Source: the human T2T-CHM13v2.0 reference genome, Homo sapiens. Taken from it: DNA of 64,000 nucleotides. Below are positions 45,797-59,569 of this stretch, in pieces (positions within the stretch are counted from its first letter, which is position 1; every line of letters starts with the position of its first letter). Under the pieces are notes generated by a model. That model had not been told where the DNA came from. It saw nothing but the letters and a program-made list of their open reading frames with translations, and searched no databases. The translations under genes were made by a program, and so were the position numbers. Location of the stretch: the NCBI RefSeq assembly GCF_009914755.1, contig NC_060936.1; one strand, given 5' to 3'.

Positions 45797-46130
45797 GTGG
45801 TTTCCAGGGACTAGGGTGAGGAGGATGAGGAGTGTTGGTCAAATAGTGCAAAGCTTTAGTTATATGAGATGAATAATTTCTAGAGATCTACTGTACATTA
45901 TAATGCCTATAGTTAACAATACTGTATTGTAGACTTCAAGTTTCACAGAGGGTAATACTTGTGTTCTTATTACACATAAAATAATAATAAAGCAAAAACT
46001 GCTTGAGGTGATGGATGTGTTTATGACATTGATTGTGGTGATGGTATTATGGGTATAATTTATTTCCAAAGTCACTAAGTTGTATATCTTAAATATGCAC
46101 ATAAATCATACCTGAATAAAGTAACTTAAA
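45797..46130 (+). mobile_element. L1MB1/L1MA10-like 3'UTR
   Basis: 'ttctagagatctactgtac...gaggtgatggatgtgtttat...ttgattgtggtgatggt...aataaag'. Confidence 0.8.
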
Positions 46131-46194
46131 AGATAGATAATAGTCATGTCATGATTCTGTGAAGATCTTTATTTTCTATTCTCCTCGATTCCGT

Positions 46195-46236
46195 AGTAAT
46201 GGCAAAAAACGCAGTTATGTTTGCACCAACCTAATA
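46195..46236. mobile_element. MADE1 (Hsmar1-derived MITE), single arm
   Basis: agtaatggcaaaaaacgcagttatgtttgcaccaacctaata matches the MADE1 TIR and ends in TA. Confidence 0.8.
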
Positions 46237-46869
46237 CTTCTCACCCTAATGCTGATCCACACTCTGTAGGAATATAAAGAGGAGAAGTTACTCCCTATAT
46301 AAGAGGTCCTATTATTAATACAGAAAATTCTCAGTATCTGCTTGATATTGATCAAAGTTGAAATTCAAATTTTTCACTATTTCAATTTATACCTCTATTA
46401 CATTTGTATTTCTATTTATTACTACATAAATCCTTGAAGTTTGTGAAAGATATGTCTTCTAATGCTGTGCCTCTCAAAAACATTATGTGCCATACATCAC
46501 CTGGTAATATTTTAAGAGCCTGCATTTCTTACAGGTTAAGTCCAACCCTGCTGGACCTGGTATACATTTTGAGTAGCAAGACAATATGTACACTCAACAC
46601 AGCTCTCTGCTGCTGCTACTAGAGAATACCTTTCTCTGTGCTACCTGTGGTAGGTGAACAAATATGTGTATGTGTGTGCATTTGTGTATGTGTGTAAGGA
46701 TGCAAGTAAGAGAAAATTATGATTTATTCCAGGTTTGGCTTCCAAGGTAAGTGCTAGCATAAAACGTCTTGCTTTCATTAATCAATAATTTAGTTATCTA
46801 TGAATCAAGAACTCCCGTGGCTGAAGCTGGTTGGGGTGTTACTATTCAGACATGTCTGGCTACACATAT

Positions 46870-47760
46870 ACTTTCATTTGTTTATTTACTTAATAATCAT
46901 TATTATATATTATGTGCTAGAAAATATACTGGGCAGCAGTTATAGAGTGGAGCTTGAGACACAATCCCTCCATTCAAAGATCTCACACCTCAATGGAAGA
47001 GATGAACTTGCTAAGAAAAATAGTAATATTGAGTTAAATACAATGTACTACATTTGCACAGAGGAAAAGGTAAAAAATGCATTTGTGGGATTCAGGAAGA
47101 TTTCACAGAAGATGTGGCACTATTCAGAGACTTGAGGAAGAATATTAAGACAACAGAACATTAAGAATGAGCTCTCCTTGCAGAGGCAGTAACACTTGCA
47201 CAAGCAAAGAAGCATTAAAATGCATGGCATACTCAGTGAACCACAGGTAGTTCAAGATGATTGTAGGGGAGTGGCAAAAAATAACTAGGCAAAGCATCAG
47301 ATTATGAAAGGCCTTTATTCCAAGAAAGATGAATTTTTATCTTATAAGCAATGTGGAAATATTGAATGGTAGAGTATTAGAAAATAATTTCAGTAGTGGT
47401 ATAAAGTGCTAAGTAATAAAAAGACAATTTTGAAGGCATCAAATTAACAGAAGAGGGAAACAATGAATTCCAAACTGAGGTAGTATCGATGATAGGGGAA
47501 GATATTCTAGAGGTAGAAATGACTGGACTTCGTGGTAAATTGGACATTGGAATTGAGACCGAGGAAAGATATGTTTTTAAAATTTCAAGCCTGATTAATA
47601 AGGTGGGGGATATAATAGCATTTGCTAAAGTTTTGCATATATTCATATGGGAACTATTTTGGAAGTAGTCATAATGAATTCAGTTTTTATCTTGTTGAGT
47701 TTGAGAGTTTTGTAGGAAAAACAGACAACTGGGCTTCAGTTGGTTGAGAATATGCAGCTT
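46870..47760 (-). mobile_element. L2 3' region
   Basis: 'tcatttgtttatttact...gacacaatccctccattcaaagatctcaca...cttgttgagtttgag'. Confidence 0.65.
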
Positions 47761-48829
47761 AAATAAAATACATATGAAGTATGGAAGTTGGATCTTTTTC
47801 TTGGCCTGGATTACCTCATATCTTCTCTTTGTAAAATGCTTTAGTCAAAAATGCTGCTTTGGTGAATGTCACGGTGAGTATATCTACTATGTCAATGCTC
47901 ATTAATGTTCTAATTTGCTTTGGAATTTGAAGAGCCCAAAGACCATATGATGATAATGGTTCTTTCCAGGATGCTATACAAAAGGAAGGGTGATTTGCTA
48001 TTTTAGAGCAGTACTCTAATAATTTAAACTGTAAACATTTTCTGATGGCTTTGATGTATGAAGATATTTTGAATGCTACTAAGAATTAACTACTTTTTTT
48101 GTGATAAGACAACAGAACTAGGTCTGACATTTTTTAAAAGACACTGTGAAGTATATTGCTCTGATATGTAAGAGCAGATATTTCAGATCAGAGATTTACA
48201 TCAGCTTGTGATATCAGAAAGTTTTTGGAGAATATTAACACATGACATAACTTGATCATACACAAATAGAGAGAATAAGCATGATTTGATCCCAGTTGAT
48301 AAATGATCAGGTAGAATGGAAGCTCCTATCAAGTCTCCTATCTGACTTTCTTCTGGCATTCAAAAAGGAAGTTGGTTTCTCAGACAGTAAATAATTGGTT
48401 TATATGGATATACTATATACACTGCTTATAAAAAGGCTTCAGATAAACTGCGACTCTTAAGGTGATTACATTTAAAACTGAAAGAAAATTGAAAATGAGA
48501 ACAGCTGCAGGTAAGATTGGACATTTTGGGACAAAACAAGTATTCATGCTGCTAGTGAGCTGGTGTCTCATCTGCAGTCATTACATAAAGCAAAGAGCTA
48601 TTATAGCTTGTGATTATTTTTATTTACATACACATCAAAATGATGAGATGAGGTTTACATTTGCTCTACTTCTCTGTTTCCATCTGAATATCATTTACTT
48701 TCAGGATTAAATAAGAAATTTATTGAGCTGTACCATCAAAAACTTGTTAGTAATTGCTATATAATTATATATATTTTTATATATTTATATATTTATACAT
48801 AGCTTACCTAAATCTGCAACCAAAGCTTG

Positions 48830-50000
48830 TAGTAACTTTGTATAACTCTGCACCATTAATTTCTTCAGAGTGACATTCTGATGTGAGCTGAACAGATGGA
48901 ATTGCAGGATTGTTCTAGCAAATTTATCATAAAAAATGCATCCGACACCTGTGTAATTTGCCTAATCATTTTCCTAATAAGCTCCCACCATTAATTATGC
49001 ACGATTTCCACAATGCAATCAAGATAAAAGTAAATCTGATGACTTAATACCCTTCAAAATAATTGGTTCACCCAACACAAGGCCTCCTTTGCTTTCCATA
49101 GCCATTTTAGTTAATTAGAGAAAGGGTGCACCCTGTTGGAGTCAGCAGAACGGAGGCTGATCGCTTGGTGGGAGGTAGACCTGCTGGTGTTTGGGCAGGA
49201 GTCAAGGATATTAACTCGTGAAAGAATAGAAGATAATTTTGCCCCTTCCTCTTATTTTCTTCCCTTCACATTCCCCCTTTCAACTTCCCTGCTTCCCCCC
49301 ACCCACCCCAGTAGCAAACAGATGCGATTAGTGTTCTTCAGCCATCAGAAAACTGACTGCAGGACTCTGCGGGTCTAATAAGAATCAACTTTTCCGAGGC
49401 TGCTGTCTTGCGGTGCAGTCCACCTGTCACATCATTAGGTGCAGCATGTGCCTTGAATTCACTTTGCTAAATGAGATTTACAGGCCCCACTGAAACCCAT
49501 CCTGCAGCATCCCTGCTTCAATTAGCTAAAGATTAATTGTCTGAGAAAGGGAATGAAAGTTTTACTTCAACTGACCTGAAAAAAAAAAGGTAAAAAAAAA
49601 GTATGGTTCAGGTATTCCACATAGGCCCGAGGCAGTGTGGAAAAACGTGATAATTTAAAGGTGCTGCAAATTTTCTACACCTCGCCTGGATGAATGAAAT
49701 TAACTAGCACTAAAAGCTGTCAAATTAAAGGTTGACTTCCAGATATTAGCACCTTAAATGTCACTGAATATTCTCTTTCTTTTTTTCTTTTCTTTTTTTT
49801 TTTTTTGGCAAACATTCACGTCAGCACACCTGCACGTGCACACAAACATTTTCTTACTGCTGCTCCTGCTAACTGCTTGTTCGTGCCCAGCCGGGAGTTA
49901 CTTGCTATAAATCTTTGATGTAACCATGGCTACAGAACAACTGGCAATTACAAAATTTCCTCCATGTTAATGTTACACTAATTATATTTGAATATATTTT
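48830..50000. promoter_or_regulatory. Candidate conserved enhancer/promoter element
   Basis: No recognisable repeat; locally retained CpGs; many TAAT cores; E-box, CRE-like, TCF/LEF, RFX X-box and TATA-like motifs clustered at 49808-49933. Confidence 0.45.
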
Positions 50001-51574
50001 AATGGAGAAAAAGATTTGGAGGTGAGAAAAGCTTCTGGAAGAAGGGCAGAATGTGGGATCTCTGCACCCATCTGCCACACGTTTCCTTCGCTAGTCAGAC
50101 ACACAGAGGTCTTGAGTGGAGGTATGTCCCTAGTAGCTAGAATTTCTTAACTTCTAAATCTTAATACAAATTATAAAACTGGAAAACTTTAATGTTATGG
50201 AGAATGGCCTAATGTAAATAGACAATCGATTTTTAGCATTGTGGGATATGCAAGGATTTATTAGGATTTGGATAGGAAATAGGAAAACTTCTCTTATCAG
50301 CTCAAATTGATTTTTAACTAATTAAATAAGAAAAACATTTAGCATTCCTAATATTCAGCATAAGGAATGGCACTGGAAACCACATTTGGCTAGGATGTCA
50401 GACACGGTGTAGAGTACTTGAGGGAAGAGTGGGGGTACTCCACATTTGGAGGCAGAGGTTATCAGGGGCCTTCATTCTTCAGTTCACTTTTCACATATTT
50501 CAACTAATCACAGTTTGTTTGTGCCGATTTAAATTTGTGGTTTATAGCACCTAGTTTTAATTAATAAAATTTCACAAAATACAAACATGCCTGGAGAAAA
50601 TCTTTACCAAGACAATATACAAATGAGGTAATACTAAATATGTATGCAAAAGAGAATAATAAAAAAATGCAGAATGCAGAACGAACATGCCTCTACTTTG
50701 AATATGAGTTCCCTATCTTCTACATTAAGAGATTAAAAGGAAAAACCAGAAGAAAAAAAATGATGTAATCAAAAAACTTAAATAAATTCTTTTATACATA
50801 ACAGGGAGTCTATTTGAAATATGCATTTGAATCCAATATCAGTAACAGTCAACCTCACTCTAAGAATATATTTAATATGAGTTATCAACTAACAATACCT
50901 GTGAAGCATTAGGATTTGAAAGTCATGTAAAAATATTATTTTATTTGTTTTTTAAACAGCATTATGCTTATGTTTTATAATATGGATATTTTATTAGTAC
51001 AGTTATACATATATACTACTTGCAAATATAAATATGTGTATATATATATATCTACATACATAGCAGGCATATGCTGAATTTTTAAGTTTAAATTTAAGTC
51101 TTTTCCTAAATATGATAGATATCCAAGAAGTTCAGAGAATTCTATTCCAAGATTCCACTCCTTATCTATAAAATTAGACAAGGGCTGGAAAAACTATATG
51201 ACTACTTTGAGTTATAATTTTCTCTTCGACTTGAGTATTTCCATGCCTATGGATCTTTGATAGTCAAAGGTTCTTCTCACTGACTTAAAGTTAATAGTTA
51301 ATCAAACAGGAGGAGACAGCTAGGAAATAGTCCTCAGTGCAAAATTCTCCATATTATCTTTTCATGTTGATAGCACTATTTGTTATGTTCTTAAAAGAAC
51401 TTATTGCAAAAGGATGCTATATACTGGGTGTCTTTTTTTTTTTTTTGACAGCGATTTGCATGTTCGGTTAGCCTAGCCTTTAGAATTTTGATTTAAAAGA
51501 AAGGTATCATACGCTTTGTGTCCCTTTCTCCTCACCTAAGTACCCACATTTAGGTAATGACATCCAATCTGCAT

Positions 51575-51770
51575 CAAACATTTACTATACTCCAGACATT
51601 TTTTTAATCAAATATTACCTCATTTAATCTTTACCACAATCCTATGACTTAAGATTTATTACTTTTCTGCTTTGACTGATGAGCAAAATTAAATTACAGA
51701 TATTAAATAACTTTATGAAGGGCAGTCTAGTAAATACAAGGCTAGGATTCAAACCACTTTTCATATCTTA
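51575..51770 (-). mobile_element. MIR SINE
   Basis: 'ctcatttaatctttaccacaatcctatga...gatgagcaaa...ttaaataact...ggattcaaacc'. Confidence 0.7.
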
Positions 51771-52169
51771 TGCCACACTTTGGCGTGACAAAACTCACAC
51801 TTATGGGTTATTGTTTAAAATTGATACCCTGCCTGTTTCCATGGGGATTTGAAATAGTGAAGAAGCAGATGAGTTGTTGTATAAACTTGGGTTCAATCCA
51901 ATGTATGTGGGTGGGATTGGTGTTGGTGGAGGCAAAAGTGTTTATGTGTGATCTACCATATAGATAAACTGACATTTAATTAAATTCTGGGTGGCATCAT
52001 TTCCATGATTAAGATGTAATATCTATAGTTATGAAATTTTATGAGTTTTACCACTGCTTATGTTTGGTTCCAGTTTATGTCTTAAAAATACAAGTCAGCA
52101 TAAGATACATAGAACCAATATGGTAAGATATGATTAAAAGCAATATGAATAAAGCTATATAATCTGACA

Positions 52170-53330
52170 AAAAGACACCAAAGAATTCTGAATATTTCAG
52201 AGGTGTCAATTATTCTTCATTGAAGAACATATTGAATACAATTCTAATTAAAACCCTAGTAGAGATTATTTGGACCTTGGCAAAATAATTCTAGAGCACA
52301 TCTGGAAAATTAATGAGGCTATTAGCATTCTGGAAAAAAAGTACAAATAAAAGACACTGCCTACTAGATAGTAGATTATATAAAACTGTAGTGATAATAA
52401 GAAGGGACTATTAATAAAGAATTGACATAAAGATCAAAAGAACAAAATAGGCAGCCCAGAAGCAGGAAACCACATACATAAAACTGTCCAAATAAAAATG
52501 ATATCATTAAAATCTCTTAGGGAATATATATATGTCAATACATGATGATGTAACAAATAATTAATTGCAATAATTATACATTTGTACTAGATTTTATATT
52601 TGAATAATTAAATATATTAGACATAAATAAAAGTAGAATAGATTTTGTCCTAGAGAAGAACTTTTAAGTACCGAAATAACATAAAAAAAATGAGCTACAA
52701 TTTCTGCATATCACCAAATATAGTAAACAAAAGTAAAATCCACAATTGGGCTAGAATTTAAAAAATTTAATCTGTATGATGGAGAAATACTACTGTCATA
52801 AATAAAATTGAAAACAAGTAACTGTGAAAGAAAAACTGTTGGGAAAGGATTGAAACAGGCAATTTAAAAAAGAACAATTTGAAAAACAGTAAAGGTATAA
52901 AAACCATGCTAAACATAAAAACTAAAATATTGAGACACTATTTTTCACTTTTGAAACTATGATTTATGAAAAATATTTATGCCAAAAGACTACCAAAGGC
53001 ATATAAAATAGGTACTTTAAACAATGATCCCAGAGGTAAAACGTATACATTTCAAAAACATTTGGCAACAAAAACCGAGATTTTTAAAAATGCTCATACT
53101 CTTTTAATATAGCGAATGGCTTTGCTTCAATCATACTACCCTGATAAACTAACCAATGCCTCACTACAGTTCTCAAAAGAGGAAATAATCTCAGTGTCCT
53201 GCAAAAAGAGGAATTGTTAAAAAGTATCAATTTAAAAATGCAATGTTGAAGGATACATAATTCAGAAGGGAATGCTCAGAATTGTTATTATAAGGAACCA
53301 CATAGCTTCGAAAATAAACTGCAAGGAAGT
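52170..53330 (+). mobile_element. Very old L1ME-like ORF2 3' region
   Basis: A-rich; 'ataattctagagcacatctggaaa', 'gatcaaaagaacaaaataggcagcccagaa'. Confidence 0.5.
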
Positions 53331-53371
53331 CTGCAAATGTATGAAATAGGCAAAAATATTTTAACATCATA

Positions 53372-53620
53372 ATATAGGGTTAAAGGCTAAGGTTTGTAAA
53401 TATTCTAAGTTTGAAATCTTGTCTTACCACTTTAATTATGTAGCTTTGAAAATTTACTTACTCCATTTGTATCCCAGTTTTCTCATCTAAAAGATGATGA
53501 TAATAGCCTGTACTTTACAGTTTTATGGAACATAAAATAGAATAACTATGTGAATGATATGCTTAGCACAGGACTTGGCACTAAGCAAGTGCACAATAAA
53601 TGTTATTAGCTATTATTATC
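53372..53620 (+). mobile_element. MIR SINE
   Basis: 'cagttttctcatctaaaagatgatgataatag...gcttagcacaggacttggcactaagcaagtgcacaataaatgtt'. Confidence 0.75.
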
Positions 53621-54213
53621 CCTAGATGGTGGTATGGCATTGTGAATATTTTTCTCCCTTTTAAATGTATATGAGATATTTTCATAACAAAATTTTGACT
53701 AGCTCTTTTTCATAAGTTTCATCAGAATAAAATGTGTATCTTCTTAAAAGTCAAGGTAGCAGCATAACCCAAAAAAAATGTGTATAGATAAAAATTCTGT
53801 CTTTTGTGAGCCCCTTTTCTATTAACTGCAAGTCTATTATATATGATTACCTCATTTATTCATTCCACAAAAAAGTATTTTTTATACTGAATGCCAGGTA
53901 ACTAAGTTCTGTAAACATATTAGTGAACAAAATGTGTCCCTTTCTTTATGGGGTTTATAATCTGTTGGAGTTGACAATAAATAAGTGCAAAATAAGTTGT
54001 TATTTTGAATGTAATAGTCTGAGAAAACTTACCTGAAGAGATGGCTTTTAAAACTGAAACCTGATCAGGCATTCTGTTAACACTGAACTTGTCAAATCAA
54101 GAAAATAAGAAATGTCCAACAGTTCAAAGGTCATAATTCTATAAAAATATATTCAAAGCAGATGTAATGGTGTATTCAAAGTACACTATGAAAATTAAAA
54201 GACATCATAAAGA

Positions 54214-54535
54214 TAGTGTATTTCTGAGTACGTCTGTAGCTTTCATAGCCTCAGATTCAACCAACCGCAAATCAAAAGTATTTAAAGAAAATTAAAAATA
54301 AGTCAATTTTAAAAGTACACACAAAAAGTACAGAATAATAACTATTTATAGCACATTTACATTATATTTGCTATTATAAATAATCAAGACATGATTTAAA
54401 GTGTAAGGGAGGATATGCATAGATTATATGGAAATAGTACTCCATTTCTTCTACTGGACTTGAGCATCCACTAATTTTGGTATCCACAGGTGTCCCACAA
54501 GCAATTCTCCATAAATAGATATCAAGGAATAACTG
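54214..54535 (-). mobile_element. MER2 (Tigger-family DNA transposon)
   Basis: 'gattcaaccaaccgc...atgatttaaagtgtaagggaggatatgcatag...ggacttgagcatcca...ttttggtatcc...ggaataactg'. Confidence 0.8.
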
Positions 54536-54659
54536 AAAGCAGATAAGAAATATTTTAAGTTGATTTAAATTTAATTTAAATATAGTTCTGATATATTAAC
54601 GCAATCAATCTTCTTTTTAGGTAGATTAATGTATCACACACATAACAATAGCAATAGCA

Positions 54660-54880
54660 ACAACAATAAATAATATTTATTGAACACTTAATATGAGCTG
54701 AGATATGCTAAGCAATACGGGGACAAGAGGTTGTCCCAGTATTATCCCTGTTTTACAGCAGAAGAAATCAACATAAATTTTCCTTTTCCAAAACCACCAG
54801 TTCATTTGTGATGAAATTGTGATTCAAACCAGGTCTGTCTGATATCAAAATCAGTGTGCATAATCTATAGGCTTTACTGC
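54660..54880 (-). mobile_element. MIR SINE
   Basis: 'atatttattgaacactta...attatccctgttttacag...gattcaaaccaggtctgtctga'. Confidence 0.65.
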
Positions 54881-55494
54881 TTTGGTTTGGATATCTGAAT
54901 GCATTTGAGAGATTTCTATTTTAACTGAATTTTCCCTAATTATTTTTTAATTAAAAAATTCACACATTAAATCAGTCATTTGAAAAGAAACTTAGTAAAT
55001 TTGGCTGCAATACAATAATTAACTGGTCCATTGGTTTTAAATATGCATAAGGGTTTGAAATAATTCAACTGCTAGCTCATTCAATCTAATCCACAACTTC
55101 TAAGAATTTCTTGAGATTCTATTTTTTTAAAGGGAGAGAAAGTTGAGAATTTACATGTATTACATTAATACTTCTGTATTTTGGTGTGTCTACCAGGTCT
55201 TGGGTATTTTATAGATATTAAATAGATTATATAATAGAGGACAAATAAGCCAATTAAATGTGTATTAAATGTGTAGGTATCTCTGAATAACTATAATTAT
55301 GTTATAATGACAAAGAATAAAAAATGACTTATATCGACTAAATTCTCACTGTGTGCCAGCAGCTATACTTTCCATGACTGGCAGGCATTTGTTCACTTAC
55401 TCATAACTCTATGAAGTAGGTAGTATACACCAATGTGCAAAATGAAATGTTAGACAAAATAAAATGCCCAACTCCTCTTAGCTGCTTGGCCTAG

Positions 55495-55729
<235 letters not shown>

Positions 55730-56991
55730 TAGAATCAGATTTTTAACTCATATCTGCCTAGTAATACTAAAACTTCTAGAATGAAATTCACTTCTAGAGA
55801 TGCAGCATCCTTATGCAAACCAATTTAGCTACTTATGTTATACTTACTTCTCTAGTACAGAGGTTTTCATCCAGAATGTCATGGGTAGCTCTGCTAATTG
55901 AAAGGAAGAAAATAACTCCTAGTACACTAGAAATTATACAAATCTCTTAATGATCTGATTTGACTTTGGGCTAAGGGTCAAAATATGAATATGTGTATGG
56001 AAGTGTGGAATGTCTGAGTTGTACCATTTAGTCATACATCTTTTACAGTAATTAATGTATAACATAACCAACTTTGGTAGTTCAAGTAACCATCTGTCAC
56101 CAATGTTAGAAACCACTTACTGTTTTGTTATAAGTTACATTACAGAAGGCCAAATATCATGGTAATATTCTGCAGGAATATCTCATGTGAGTCTTGTTTG
56201 TAGATTTTTTTTTCTCATTTTGGAAAGCGGTTCAGATAATGTTATTTTCCTTCCATTGAGGTGTATAGCTTTATGCCCTCTCCACCTATCCAGTTCTAAC
56301 TCCAGTCTCTGCAATAGATATAAATGTATCTGGTAAACAGATACATGATGTGTCATTTATAGGGTTTTAGGTCCTATTAACATGTTTTATTTCCAAAAAG
56401 TACCATTGATGTCTTCTCTCATGTGCCTGACTTTGCTGTCAGTCAGTTTTACCAAATGGCTAAATCTGCAAATGGAGATAGAGATGGATCGAAAAGCCAT
56501 CAAAATGGGGCCATGGAAATGTAAGGAAACAAAGTACAATGTTGCCTTGATACCTGGGCTTACATCCAGTGCTTTGAATTACCAGATGCCACCTCCTCCT
56601 AGCACTAAAAACACTAAACATAAACAACAACAATAACATACATTGGTATAAAGAGTGACACTCACCTGTATAAAAAATTCTCATGAATTTACCTGTATTT
56701 ACCAAAAACAATTTATCCTCCATATGTATATTGCATGTAAAAAAAAACAGATTCCATGTATCGTACTAGTACTTTCTGGAATACTCTAATAGAATTTCAC
56801 ATTGAATAAAAGGGTATTCGAATGCTATGCACCACACAGTCTCATTTAGCAAGCTGTCAAAAGTGAAACTTAAGGGGTAGAGAGCTGAGAGATATTTAAG
56901 ATACCATACATTTATAATAAAGGAATGAGAAACATATTACTTTCTGTGGTATTGAATTTTTTTCTCTCTTTTTGCTTTCTTACCAGGAACA

Positions 56992-56994
<3 letters not shown>

Positions 56995-57044
<50 letters not shown>
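56995..57044. repeat. (CA)25 microsatellite
   Basis: Perfect run seen directly. Confidence 0.97.
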
Positions 57045-57045
<1 letters not shown>

Positions 57046-57659
57046 CCTACCTGTCCACTGGTGACTGTGGGATGGGAATACAATTGCAAGTTTCCTCACA
57101 GCAGTGAGTTCTCAATCCCAGCTGTTCCTTCAGCGGCATGAGCCAGCATGATTACGCTAAAACACCCCTGGACTCCTTCCTCTTTTGTTTCATTCCACCC
57201 CGGGTCTTAAAGCTTAGACATTTGACACGCTTGGGCAGTTTTCTCTCTAATTTCACCCAAGCTGACTGTGTAGTGAGTTTAGTGTGTAGGTGTAGCCTGT
57301 AGGTGCAAGTAGCTGCTTCAGTATTTTTTCCCTTTAGCTATCTGAACACTGGATGCATTCCAGGTTGGAGGAAATCTCTTATGGTAAAAAGTTAAACCAT
57401 ATCACAAGAGAGATAATATTACCAGACCAAACTGATTTAGATCAATATCTATCCAGGCACAGGTTGACTCTGAAACTGTGAATATAATGCTTCTGGCTTC
57501 AACAACATAAAAGATGAAGCTTCTTAGGAGGTAAAATATTCCTCATATAGTTACACTAAGTTTAGTTCCTTTTAAAATCATGTGATGAGGCTTGTTGATA
57601 TTGTGATATTCAGAGTAGCTTGCTCATATCTTAATTTCCCATGATCTAATATTAAAGAA

Positions 57660-57792
57660 TAGATATATGTATAATACAGATACATATTACACAGATTATA
57701 TATAATATACATAATGTATATAATGTATATATATAGCAAGAGGTATATATAAGGTGTGTACACACACACACACACTCACACACACACATATA
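57660..57792. repeat. (TA)-rich / (CA)n low-complexity tract
   Basis: Seen directly. Confidence 0.8.
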
Positions 57793-58146
57793 GCTTAAAA
57801 TTTTTGTATAACAGCCGTCCTGTTCCCAGACTAGAATATGGAACATCAATTTCCAATTTTTTCACCCTGGTGCCCTGTAACTCTTTGCTACTCAGTGAAA
57901 ATATCTGGAAATACATACATTGTTACTGAAGTAGCAGGTGGTTGAAGCATTCTGAATGTGTCTAGCTCATTAAAAGGCATTGAAGAATCCAAATAAACAG
58001 CATCGTATACATATCTTAGACTCACATATATGTCTGCTCTATTCTGAAAAAGAGAGTGCATTGATTTTACCCTTCCTTATTTCTTGGTCATCTCAATTCC
58101 TTGGTGGAGTTATTCAACATTGAGAAAAACATCTACACATTACGAG

Positions 58147-58538
58147 AGATAGAATTTTGAGGGGATAGAATTTCAAAGCCTACAGTGAAACATTTTGGAG
58201 ATGGGGAGATGCTGATGGCAATCCATAGTTTTAGATTCTGTGATGTGTGTGTGCATGTGTATGTGTGTAAAACTCCACAAGTAAGTAACTTGAAATAAAT
58301 ACATCCTGAAAGAAAACTTGTCAGAGCTTTCTTTGTGCACCAGATAGAATTTTGAGGGGTTAGAATTTCAAAGCCTACAATGAAACATTTTGGAGATGGG
58401 GAGATGCTGATGGCAATCCATAGTTTTAGATTCTGTGATGTGTGTGTGCATGTGTATGTGTGTGTAAAACTCCACAAGTAAGTAACTTGAAATAAATATA
58501 TCCTGAAAGAAAGCTTGTCAGAACTTTCTTTGTGCAAC
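58147..58538. repeat. 195 bp tandem duplication (58147-58341 and 58342-58538)
   Basis: About 6 substitutions and one 2 bp GT indel between the copies. Confidence 0.96.
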
Positions 58539-58593
58539 AGTTCTCTATTTATTGCCAGCTGCACATGTAAGAATGACAATCACATGTGTAAAC

Positions 58594-58659
58594 AATTCTC
58601 ATGTAGTATAAATGTATAATTCTCATGTAGTATAAATGTATAAATAATTCTCAAGTAGT
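58594..58659. repeat. 24 bp tandem repeat (aattctcatgtagtataaatgtat), about 2.5 copies
   Basis: Seen directly. Confidence 0.88.
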
Positions 58660-58706
58660 TTATTTGAAAAATGTGGCAATGAAAATGTTATTAGAAACTT
58701 ACTTTG

Positions 58707-59023
<317 letters not shown>

Positions 59024-59569
59024 TACCCTATAATGAATGACAACATGCTATGATGGTGTCACATGTCAGATAAGAATTGTTATGTTTAACCAGCAATGGG
59101 GAGAAAGTTTGGGCCACAAAGTATCATCCTCTGATACTTAAAACCTTTTGTTTTAAAAATCATGATAAAGATTGCCTTAGTGCTTATAAAACTTTTCTCA
59201 AGCATCATGAGTAGAAGTTCTGATCTTCCGTTTGGGAACACTAATAGAGTAGTGACTGTCACCTTTACATCACTTACATCCTCTGATTAACCAGTTAAGG
59301 ACTGTCATTCTGTCAGAGCCTCAGCAGTCAACATTGACTAGAAAGCCGACATTCAGTCATCTAAAGTGGTGTTTTAAATGGTTATGAGAGATAAATTATT
59401 CCCTGTCACAGTGCATTTGAAGTAAACTCTCTGTACCCATCATAGCAATGAAGAATTCCCCAACTAAATTTACAATGATTCTGATTGCAGTAATCTGGAC
59501 CCAGGTAGAACTTAAATGGAGAGTAAAGAGGAATAATATTAAGTTATTTCATAGAGAAGAAAGAAAAGA

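Noticed and set aside
46520-46755. Acceptor-like (46533) and donor AAG|GTAAGT (~46747) pair; also a donor near 48510 and a minus-strand acceptor near 49576
   Set aside because: Isolated splice-like motifs are expected by chance in 64 kb; no coding frame or transcript evidence is available
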